57,525 nt of DNA from Ignavibacteria bacterium (GTDB taxonomy: Bacteria; Bacteroidota; Ignavibacteria; Tepidaquicellales; OLB5): the NCBI GenBank assembly GCA_049516635.1, contig JBEKSX010000003.1:1-57525 (forward strand). The letters are read 5' to 3'. The position numbers and the translations under genes are program-made. Positions 1 to 7,650 of the stretch are shown one piece after another; positions within the stretch are counted from its first letter, which is position 1, and every line of letters begins with the position of its first letter. The notes below the pieces were generated by a model that saw only the letters and a program-made list of their open reading frames with translations, ran no database searches and was not told the DNA's origin.

Positions 1-63
1 AATTTTGTAAAATAATATTAAATTATACTATTTACCTGAAAATTAGTTATTATATCAAATTAT

Positions 64-123
64 GTAGGGATTGTTCCCCGAACAATCCGCTATATTTAGG
101 TTTGCTCGGGGAGCAAACCCTAC
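64..123. repeat. GTAG-tagged REP doublet (REPIN-like)
   Basis: GTAG-GGATTGTTC-CCC-GAACAATCC, short spacer, then inverted GGTTTGCTC-GGG-GAGCAAACC-CTAC; near-identical copy at 2527-2585. Confidence 0.8.
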
Positions 124-378
124 AGCCATTGTTTCTTGTAAAATATTTCTAATAAATAGGGACATCGTTACAAAATCAACCAATTTCTAAATTATTGTTA
201 TTACATAATATAAAAACAGGATACCCCCCGGTAACTTAAACTTACCCAAGTTACTAAAAATTCACGGAATCGACATTTTTTGCCTGATCAAGTTAGGGTA
301 ACTTAAAATGAACAAGAAATACATGATATTGCGACAGGGTTTAATAAATTTTAGATTTTGTTAAAAGAACGGTTAAGA

Positions 379-443
379 ACCCCACTCGGCTAATGCCGTT
401 TCTTCCCTTTCCCTCCTTCGGACGGGCAGGCTGCTAAGGGGAG
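379..443. repeat. CCCCTT/AAGGGG-type palindromic repeat with nested 23-nt hairpin (411-433)
   Basis: Reverse complement reads CCCCTTAG[CAGCCTGCCCGTCCGAAGGAGGG]AAAGGG; same architecture at 47605-47661. Confidence 0.6.
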
Positions 444-617
444 TCAATACCTGAAAAATGCCCTAAAATCCCCGCAGAATTATGAATTTATCAAATATAC
501 TACATTAAACTGCATAATTCAAGGCAAAAATTTATATACACTGTGAAAAGCAGGGGATTTGAATAGAATTTATGAGCTAAAAGTATTCCGCGGGAGTTTG
601 AGAAGGTACTTAAGAAA

Positions 618-1001
618 TCATTTATAGCTTACAATAGTTACGTTTGCCGAATCTACATAATACCCGGTGAGCAAAGGATAGGAAAATGTTTTAAACTGCT
701 CACCTGAGGGAATTATCGTATCAACCCATTGAACATTAATGATTGAATCAAGGTAAGATTGATTAAAATCAGTGGCTCTATAATCAAATCTCAGAACTAT
801 ATTGGTAGCATTAGCCTGTCCGGAATTCTTTAATTTGACCTGAAAATCAACGCCCCAGCCGGTTATCCAGTTATGAGAAAAGAAATAAGTTACGCTTAAG
901 ACCGGTACTTTGGGAGGCGGGTTAGTTGGCGAAACAGTGTTATCTTTACAGGCTGTTAAAGTAACCAGAACAATAAAGACAAAGTAAAATATTTTTTTCA
1001 T
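618..1001 (-). CDS. hypothetical lipoprotein (CARDB/Ig-like beta fold possible)
   Basis: MKK + hydrophobic stretch + LTAC lipobox, Pro-rich linker, VKLKNSG..ATNI pattern. Confidence 0.75.
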   Translation of the reverse strand: MKKIFYFVFIVLVTLTACKDNTVSPTNPPPKVPVLSVTYFFSHNWITGWGVDFQVKLKNSGQANATNIVLRFDYRATDFNQSYLDSIINVQWVDTIIPSGEQFKTFSYPLLTGYYVDSANVTIVSYK

Positions 1002-1186
1002 TATTTTCTTGAGTAGTTTCCCGATGCTCCAATTTGATCGTATTTTTAACGGGATAGACTAACTTAAAGGTATAATTTTATTATCTTATTTATTAAATAT
1101 AAGATATTATTTCAGTACTTTAAATTTATTTAATTGACTGCGGGAGCGGAGGGGCTCAGGGGTAATGGGATACATCAATGTCCTTT

Positions 1187-1222
1187 CCGCCTGCCTGCTG
1201 CATGCAGGAGAGACTCTGACGG
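1187..1222. repeat. palindromic repeat with nested CCTG-tagged hairpin
   Basis: CCGCC[TGCCTGCTGCATGCAGG]AGAGACTCTGACGG; removing the bracket leaves hairpin CCGCCAGAG-A-CTCTGACGG. Confidence 0.5.
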
Positions 1223-1233
1223 TATCGGAAACT

Positions 1234-1701
1234 TCAGAATCCTTTTAATGCGATACCCAAACCAATTTCAACACTAAGGATCAAGACTAACCCTGTAACT
1301 ACAATGATTGTTTTTGCAACCTGCACTCTAGTCATTTCTATTTTGACGGACTTAATGTTTTTTAGTTCGATCACTCGTTCTTCGGATGATATTTTTTTCA
1401 TATTATCAGTAAGGATAGTTGTATCTTTGTTCATGTATAATATGACATTAGGTATGCCTTTATAAATGATTTCGAACCCGGGGTTATTGTTCTTTAAAGA
1501 AATTTTTTCACCGTTCTTCATAACTACGCTCAGAATTTCGTAATCGGTCCTTGAGGGCAGTTGTGATTCATTTACATTTTCTATTTTGGTTGTGGTGCAG
1601 CCGCCAAGACACAATATGAAGCTGAAAAGTACTATACAAAGTACAGGCGTGAACCGGCGGTTTGAGGCAATTTTTTGAATAATATTATATTTGTTTGACA
1701 T
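1234..1701 (-). CDS. hypothetical lipoprotein with C-terminal hydrophobic helix
   Basis: AAGGAG RBS, hydrophobic N-region ending LGGC, C-terminal TM-like segment. Confidence 0.75.
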   Translation of the reverse strand: MSNKYNIIQKIASNRRFTPVLCIVLFSFILCLGGCTTTKIENVNESQLPSRTDYEILSVVMKNGEKISLKNNNPGFEIIYKGIPNVILYMNKDTTILTDNMKKISSEERVIELKNIKSVKIEMTRVQVAKTIIVVTGLVLILSVEIGLGIALKGF

Positions 1702-1816
1702 TTTTTACTCCTTAATAAATATGGTACTAAAATGCAGATACATGACAGCTCATTTGTCACGGCGGAGTAAAAGAGATGTAAAAAAAGTGTCAGAGAAGAA
1801 GGGGGAGGGGGATTAA

Positions 1817-1844
1817 GTAGCCCATAGCTGAAGCTATGGGTTAC
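1817..1844. repeat. GTAG-tagged palindrome (REP-like; may act as terminator of the GNAT gene)
   Basis: GTAGCCCATAGCT-GA-AGCTATGGGTTAC. Confidence 0.55.
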
Positions 1845-1882
1845 AATAAAAGTGGAAATGGATAACTATCAACTCTATGCAC

Positions 1883-2494
1883 TCACACCGAATTCTCTCT
1901 CCACATGGCGTAGGATTTGATATCGTAAAAATCTATGGTTGCTTTCAGTACAAATCCCCATTTTTGGTAAAGGGGGACGTTGTCCGGGTTCGCGGTATCT
2001 ATCACAATGCCCCACGAGGCAGGGTGGGATTCGCACTCATTTATCATGTACTCCGCTAGAGCTTTGCCTATGCCGTGCTTGCGGTATTCCTTCTTTACGG
2101 AGTGCTCGTTTCCGTAAAAATGCGGTACGGCGGGGTCATATTTTTTCAGCCGTGCGTATTCGCCGATGAGGTTAATCCTTTTGTCATTTGCTTTTGCCTG
2201 CATTTTCGCAATTGCATCGTTCATTTCATCGCTCCATCCGCGTGCATCGGGAGTGGTGTATATTATACAGCCGGCAAATATATCATCAATAAAAGCACCC
2301 TTCAATTTCAGGTTCAGTTTAGGGACGAGGTCATACACAACGAACTCATACATTATCTTAGTCAATCTCTTCCTCTGTTCTTCTTCGGGGAATGCGAAGA
2401 GGAAAAGAGGGTCATTAGAAAATCCCTGCGTGAAGATCTCTACCGCTTCGGGATAAAGTGAAGAGGGAATATCTTTTATTGTTATGGTTTGCAA
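1883..2494 (-). CDS. GNAT family N-acetyltransferase
   Basis: Motif A VKKEYRKHGIGKAL and motif B NVPLYQKWGF; N-terminal F.NDPLF..AFP pattern. Confidence 0.85.
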   Translation of the reverse strand: MQTITIKDIPSSLYPEAVEIFTQGFSNDPLFLFAFPEEEQRKRLTKIMYEFVVYDLVPKLNLKLKGAFIDDIFAGCIIYTTPDARGWSDEMNDAIAKMQAKANDKRINLIGEYARLKKYDPAVPHFYGNEHSVKKEYRKHGIGKALAEYMINECESHPASWGIVIDTANPDNVPLYQKWGFVLKATIDFYDIKSYAMWRENSV

Positions 2495-2526
2495 TGTTTT
2501 ATTAAATCAAAAACATAATCCACTAT

Positions 2527-2650
2527 GTAGTGATTGTTCCCCGAACAATCCGTTTTTATCGGTTCGCTCGGGGAGCGAACCCTACGGAATTGGATTCCCG
2601 CCTTCGGGATAAAGTTTTTATCGGTTCGCTCGGGGAGCGAACCCTACGGA
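2527..2650. repeat. GTAG REP doublet plus 37-bp direct duplication of its right arm
   Basis: Copy of the 64-123 element; GTTTTTATCGGTTCGCTCGGGGAGCGAACCCTACGGA at 2552-2588 and 2614-2650, separated by a TGGATTCCCGCCTTCGGGA fragment. Confidence 0.8.
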
Positions 2651-2674
2651 TGATAATTTACATAGCCCGAAATT

Positions 2675-2747
2675 ACACAACCCCTGCCAGGCTGAGCCGG
2701 GCACCCCCCACGTCAAAGCCGGGTCTTCGACTTTTCTAAGGGGGATT
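2675..2747. repeat. CCCC/GGGG palindromic repeat with nested hairpin
   Basis: ACACAACCCCTGCC..GGCACCCC[CCACGTCAAAGCCGGGTCTTCGAC]TTTTCTAAGGGGGATT; related to the in-gene element at 51206-51245. Confidence 0.55.
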
Positions 2748-2757
2748 AATATAGTTA

Positions 2758-3072
2758 TCAGGACCTGTTTATCTCGTCCTTCAAACTATAGGGTTCAGGG
2801 ACATCGAACTTGCCGTGGAAGACATTATTGTTGTTAATCTCCTCGATAATTATGGCATCGCTGGGGTGCAGAACGTCCTTTAATTTATCATAAATGACAG
2901 GGATAGAGTCCATAGTCTTTATGACCCATGTCCCGTCCAGGCAATGCCAGTTGATCTTGCTGTAACATTCATCCATCTTATCGTTCATTCTTTGACATGC
3001 TTCCGATTTGTTCTTCCGGGTATGTACCGCGTAGCGTACCAGGTAGGTTCTTCCAAGTGTAAAATTTGACAT
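2758..3072 (-). CDS. small conserved protein, probable ferredoxin-like (Cas2-like / 'SinR family'-annotated) fold
   Basis: TYLVRY ... WHCLDGTWVIKT ... IYDKLKDVLHPSDAIII pattern; strong AAGGAG RBS. Confidence 0.6.
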   Translation of the reverse strand: MSNFTLGRTYLVRYAVHTRKNKSEACQRMNDKMDECYSKINWHCLDGTWVIKTMDSIPVIYDKLKDVLHPSDAIIIEEINNNNVFHGKFDVPEPYSLKDEINRS

Positions 3073-3228
3073 TTTTTACTCCTTGTTAAAATTGGTGATT
3101 TGAAGTCCGTTTAATTTAATGTTTAATTTTAACATATGCTGTCAAAATAATAATACATATCCGTGATATACGGAACACTTCATTCATTTATAAATATTCA
3201 ACGGTTAATATATTAACTAAGCAGAACA

Positions 3229-3738
3229 TTATTTTTTATTATCTATCATGCTCTCAAGTTCGATTTTTCTGATTCCAATAACTAATCCTTTATTTGGTCC
3301 CTTATCAGCAAAGATGAATGCATATAGACCGGGAATAATATTTTTGTTTTTCGTTTCGGCTTCTCTTGTTATTTGTAATTGTGACTTCAGCAAACCGGTA
3401 ATATTACCAAAAGCAGATGTGACCAATTCTTCCAATTTAGAATCTCTTTTTTCGTTAAAATTGGTCAACTTCCAGCCATTTTCTAGAGTGATTGTATAAT
3501 CAGTTGTCCCAAAACCTGATTTTACCGAGAAGGCATATTCTTCGTCCATTTTCGGCAGCCATATTATTCTATAATCAATGCTATCGCTTCCCTGTACTAC
3601 CAATAAATAAGGATACGGGCGGTAGAACCTGATGCCTTCTTCGTCCTGATTCTCCTGTGTTATCCTCGTTACGTTTACTCCTGCACAGGAATATAGAAGT
3701 AATGCGCATGTTAGAACGATCAGTAATTTATTGAACAT
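3229..3738 (-). CDS. hypothetical lipoprotein
   Basis: LYSC lipobox after hydrophobic stretch; AAGGAG RBS; GIRFYRPYPYLLV motif. Confidence 0.75.
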   Translation of the reverse strand: MFNKLLIVLTCALLLYSCAGVNVTRITQENQDEEGIRFYRPYPYLLVVQGSDSIDYRIIWLPKMDEEYAFSVKSGFGTTDYTITLENGWKLTNFNEKRDSKLEELVTSAFGNITGLLKSQLQITREAETKNKNIIPGLYAFIFADKGPNKGLVIGIRKIELESMIDNKK

Positions 3739-3929
3739 ATATTTTCTCCTTTAGTTTAATTATTTAAAAGCAAGGGAATAGTCCCACGCATTATTAACAA
3801 GGTTCATCAAATTCGATGTGCTCTTTAACCGTCCAGGTCGGAGGATAACGTGCGGGTTAACAAGAATATCGGCATTTTCAAAAGACATGCTCACACTACT
3901 TTTTTATTTTCTTCGATAGGAACTCTATT

Positions 3930-4193
3930 TCAAAAAATGTACACTCCCCCGGTATCGCCGTTGCTGCCGACGCTAAGCCTCATGCCTTTATCCAGAAAAT
4001 ACCGGAGTATCTCTTTTGTATCTGAGTCTGAGCAGGTCTTCCAGTACTCCCAATAGAGTACCGGAGCATCTATGCTCTCGAGGAGTGCTCTTGTGGAATC
4101 AGGGTCATCGGTAACCCCGATGGTCCACAAAGCATAGCTTGTAGCGCCAACTTTTTGTTCGATGGCGTCAATAATGTTATTTTTCATCATCAC
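3930..4193 (-). CDS. small hypothetical protein (minimal GIY-YIG-like pattern)
   Basis: AAGGAG RBS; WTIGVTDDP ... YFLDKGM ... VYIF; own promoter upstream. Confidence 0.65.
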   Translation of the reverse strand: MMMKNNIIDAIEQKVGATSYALWTIGVTDDPDSTRALLESIDAPVLYWEYWKTCSDSDTKEILRYFLDKGMRLSVGSNGDTGGVYIF

Positions 4194-4338
4194 ATCTCCT
4201 TAATAACCGTCACTTACCGGACGGGTTCTAAATTTATTGTCTCCGTAAAAACGATAGTTTTTGGCGAGAGATCACGTAATATCCCTCGGCCTGTGTCGGT
4301 TTGCCCCAATCTCCACCCTGAAGATATGAATGATGGTG

Positions 4339-4370
4339 CAAATATAGTGTAAAATAAAATGAGATGTCAA
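4339..4370 (-). promoter_or_regulatory. sigma70-type promoter TTGACA-N18-TATATTTG
   Basis: Perfect -35 hexamer plus TAnnTTTG-type element about 145 nt upstream of the 4193 start. Confidence 0.6.
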
Positions 4371-4526
4371 GTACAGATTTTCCTTAAAATCATAAAATTT
4401 TGAGCGGGGTATTTGGGCTATCTGTTATATATTTAAGGAGGTTATGAAAACTCAAACTCATGAAAAAATGGGCATATTTTGTGTGTTTTAGGAGTAAAAT
4501 TGGGTCAAATTAGCACCAAGGTAAAT

Positions 4527-4565
4527 AAAAAACCTGTCAGATCATGGACCTGACAGGTTTTATTT
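4527..4565 (-). terminator. intrinsic terminator (probably bidirectional)
   Basis: AAAACCTGTCAG-N9-CTGACAGGTTTT flanked by A and T tracts, 40 nt after the 4604 stop. Confidence 0.75.
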
Positions 4566-4603
4566 GTTCCAAAATTGTGTTTTGGAACGATTAATAATAT
4601 TGT

Positions 4604-6631
4604 TTACTTCACAAGGATCATTTTCTTAATGCTCGTATAATCCGGTGTCTCAAGCTTGTAGAAGTATATTCCGCTGGAGAAGTTCTTTGCATCGAATTCT
4701 GCGTTATACTTTCCGGCTGAATAATTTGTATTAAGTAAAGTCTGTACGAGCCTGCCGTTAATATCATACACGCTCAGTTTTACGATTCCTGCTTTTGCAA
4801 GATCAAACCTTATCTGTGTGGTCGGGTTGAACGGGTTCGGATAGTTCTGGTACAGTTTGAAATCTATCGGTACTTCGCTTCCGATAAGATTGATACCAGT
4901 GATAACCGTTAATGAAATTGTACGCATATGTATTGGTGTTCCGTTCGAACCTTTACCCAGCAGTGTAATTGTATAGGCTTGATTTGTTACTCCTCCCGAT
5001 GTCTTTATTCTCATCCTGAGTGAATCAGGGTATGCGGTAAGTGAATCCTGAGAATTATAGTTTGACCTGTTGAGAAAGCTCAGAGTAATTGTACCTGTCG
5101 GGGGAATTGGCGATACCGTTGCCGTGAATTTTGCTTTATCTGTATATAGCTTCACAGAAGGAACGCTAACGAAGACGAATGAACTATCGTTTACACCGTT
5201 CATTGTGAGTGTACTCGGTCTTGTCAGCAGTGCAAAATCCGGGAAATATGAACCCATATTCTGGAAAGTGCAGTTCCTGCCGTCATACCATACAGCGAAT
5301 CCGCATAACGGGTTGCCAACAATAGCATCGTAATCGCCCATGTAGCAGTTAGTATTGGGTGAACACCCCGGGCACGGATACGTCCAGTTCGCATTGGTTA
5401 ACTTCTGGTTTGTCACGAAGCTCTGTCCGCCGTTTGTACTGTATGATGCGTAGACATCAACGCCGTAGGTAGAAGGATTGTTTCTAGTGTCATACCATTT
5501 TACATAAAGCTTGCCTGTGGTTTTTTCGCACCAGATCGCCGGGTACCACTGATCGCTTATTGTGGGATTTGCATTATCGTTAACTATGACTTCCGACGAC
5601 CATGTTGCTCCGCCATCGGTTGAATACTGGCACTTGATATCCGGTTTATTACCGTTGCCTGCAGGTACGTTAGATGAATACACGCAATATAATCTTCCCC
5701 TGTAGGTTCCATAGCTGTTATCACATGCTATCATCGGATAGGGTCGTGTCCTTGCGTTGTTAATTACAAGCCTGCTTGCTGAATTCAAAGTTCCAACATA
5801 ACCCGGTGAAATAGCGCCTGAGCTCATTACTTGCATTGATGCACCGCCGTCTGTAGAACGGAAGAAGTTGAATGTGGATGGTGCCGGATTGGAACCTGTA
5901 ATAGACACAAAATATACGCTTCCGCCCTGTACAGCACCGTTTGGTGAAGGTCCGACACATATCATATTGCCGGGAGTTGTATTAGAAGTAGTATAAATTG
6001 TTGTCCACGATGCGCCGTGATCTGTGCTTCTGCAAAAACTGCAATTGGGTGACCAGGCAGAAGTGTAAAGATTATTAGCATAAGGTCCTCCCGTATAATC
6101 TGCAGCGATAGAATTCCTATCAGTGCCCGGACATGCATAAACGAATCCGCCCCATGTTTGTCCAAAGTTTGTTGATCTGGCTACGTAGTTGGCACTCACG
6201 AGTACACTGAAGAAAAGATTTCCCACGCTGTCATAAGCAGTCCATGGGTCACAGCATGTTCCACCCGGGTATGAAGCACCGGCTACGTTCCAGTTGAGAC
6301 CATCTGTCGTGTACCAGATGCTGAGCGCTGAAGTGTTATTAACACCGAACATCATTTGCAAAGGGTTGTTCGGATTAACAGTCATGCCCTGTTCCGAATA
6401 GTTAGTACCGATCTGAAAATTATCGTATCCGTTCGCATCAGTAACGGTCATCGGCACCATATACTGAGGCGGTATAAAGGTATTCAGGTACTTCTTCGTA
6501 GGCAGATCGAACCTGTAATCGTTATCATTTAACGGTTGTGCCTGTAACAGCATTGTTCCTCCTAATGCCATTATCAGTAACAGTAAAATCCGCAGTGTTT
6601 TTGTCCTGTTTAAAAAAGTAAAAAATTTCAT
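4604..6631 (-). CDS. secreted sialidase-like (BNR/Asp-box beta-propeller) protein with T9SS C-terminal sorting domain
   Basis: Signal peptide; repeated STD/NxGxT/SW boxes; C-terminal QNYPNPFNP...KKMILVK. Confidence 0.85.
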   Translation of the reverse strand: MKFFTFLNRTKTLRILLLLIMALGGTMLLQAQPLNDNDYRFDLPTKKYLNTFIPPQYMVPMTVTDANGYDNFQIGTNYSEQGMTVNPNNPLQMMFGVNNTSALSIWYTTDGLNWNVAGASYPGGTCCDPWTAYDSVGNLFFSVLVSANYVARSTNFGQTWGGFVYACPGTDRNSIAADYTGGPYANNLYTSAWSPNCSFCRSTDHGASWTTIYTTSNTTPGNMICVGPSPNGAVQGGSVYFVSITGSNPAPSTFNFFRSTDGGASMQVMSSGAISPGYVGTLNSASRLVINNARTRPYPMIACDNSYGTYRGRLYCVYSSNVPAGNGNKPDIKCQYSTDGGATWSSEVIVNDNANPTISDQWYPAIWCEKTTGKLYVKWYDTRNNPSTYGVDVYASYSTNGGQSFVTNQKLTNANWTYPCPGCSPNTNCYMGDYDAIVGNPLCGFAVWYDGRNCTFQNMGSYFPDFALLTRPSTLTMNGVNDSSFVFVSVPSVKLYTDKAKFTATVSPIPPTGTITLSFLNRSNYNSQDSLTAYPDSLRMRIKTSGGVTNQAYTITLLGKGSNGTPIHMRTISLTVITGINLIGSEVPIDFKLYQNYPNPFNPTTQIRFDLAKAGIVKLSVYDINGRLVQTLLNTNYSAGKYNAEFDAKNFSSGIYFYKLETPDYTSIKKMILVK

Positions 6632-6762
6632 TGGATTTTAATTAAGTTATGAAAATATGGTTTATTAAATATTCTCTCTCGGATTCACTAAATATAACCG
6701 CACATTCCCAAATTTGCAATAGGTTAATTGATTCCGTGACGAAAGTGAGAGAAAATTTGAAT

Positions 6763-7602
6763 TTATTTAACCAATATCATTTTTTTTATGCTCGAAAAAA
6801 GTAACTTTGAGTCGTTTTGGAGTGAAAAAACGCTCAGCCTGTAAAAATAAACTCCGCTTGAATATCTCTTCCCGTCGAAGGTAATCTCATGCTCACCCGG
6901 ATCTTGAAGCTTATCAACGATAAGAGCGGAACCCCTTCCTGTAATATCAAATATATCAAGCGTCACGTAGCTTTTTTCATGTAAGCTGTAACGAATTTTA
7001 GTGGTGGGGTTAAAAGGATTCGGATAGTTCTGAGAAAGGGAAAATGTATTTGCAATGGATGATATCGGTCTGATACCGATCGGGTTATATACTCTAATTA
7101 TAAAATTATCAGCAAAATTCCATTTATCAAGAGAATCCGGGATACCATTATTATTGGTGCTGTTGCCGTTAGCGTAGAGGGTGTCATACATAGGAGTCAG
7201 GGGAGCGGTGTATTTAAAGGTCCAATAGACCGTATCATTAACGAAGGGTTTGGGATATTTGTGCGAGAGCTCATTCGTTTGAGCTTTACGCTGAAGTATA
7301 GTATCTATAGGCAGCGTATCTATCACGCCCAGGTATGATGCTACATCCAATCCTCCGGTAATAGCGGGACCATGCGCCAGGTATAATTTGAATACTGCCG
7401 ATTGACCTGCGGCAACGCTGTCGGGACCAACGAACCAAACACGTACGGAAGGTGATGGGTTGCCGCCTCCGTGGCAGATACATCCGATTGCGCCATCTCT
7501 TTTGGTCAAACCGAAAATACCATCATTGAATGATAATAGGCAGTTAATACCAATAGTGAGCGAAAGTATCATAGTAACCGAAACAGAAACTATTTTTTTC
7601 AT
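6763..7602 (-). CDS. secreted Reeler-like (choice-of-anchor V) protein with T9SS sorting domain
   Basis: Likely start MKKIVS at 7602; GCICHG, ELSHKYPK, WTFKYTAP motifs; QNYPNPFNP CTD. Confidence 0.75.
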   Translation of the reverse strand: MKKIVSVSVTMILSLTIGINCLLSFNDGIFGLTKRDGAIGCICHGGGNPSPSVRVWFVGPDSVAAGQSAVFKLYLAHGPAITGGLDVASYLGVIDTLPIDTILQRKAQTNELSHKYPKPFVNDTVYWTFKYTAPLTPMYDTLYANGNSTNNNGIPDSLDKWNFADNFIIRVYNPIGIRPISSIANTFSLSQNYPNPFNPTTKIRYSLHEKSYVTLDIFDITGRGSALIVDKLQDPGEHEITFDGKRYSSGVYFYRLSVFSLQNDSKLLFSSIKKMILVK

Positions 7603-7650
7603 ACAATTATTTTTTAAAGACCGGGACTGCAGCCCCTTGTAAGTCACATA

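Noticed and set aside
2527-2650. CRISPR array (37-bp direct repeat next to a Cas2-like ORF)
   Set aside because: Only two copies, GTAG/CTAC-tagged REP structure, the spacer is another repeat fragment, and there are no cas1 or effector genes
2530-2739. 69-aa ORF on the plus strand
   Set aside because: It is a translation of stacked REP elements; no RBS
3800-3830. Hammerhead ribozyme (TGATGA on the minus strand)
   Set aside because: Lacks CUGAUGA and the GAAA core
618-4193. Integron cassette array (small co-oriented genes with palindromic spacers)
   Set aside because: No RYYYAAC..GTTRRRY attC boxes after the stops and no integrase; the spacers are REP-like
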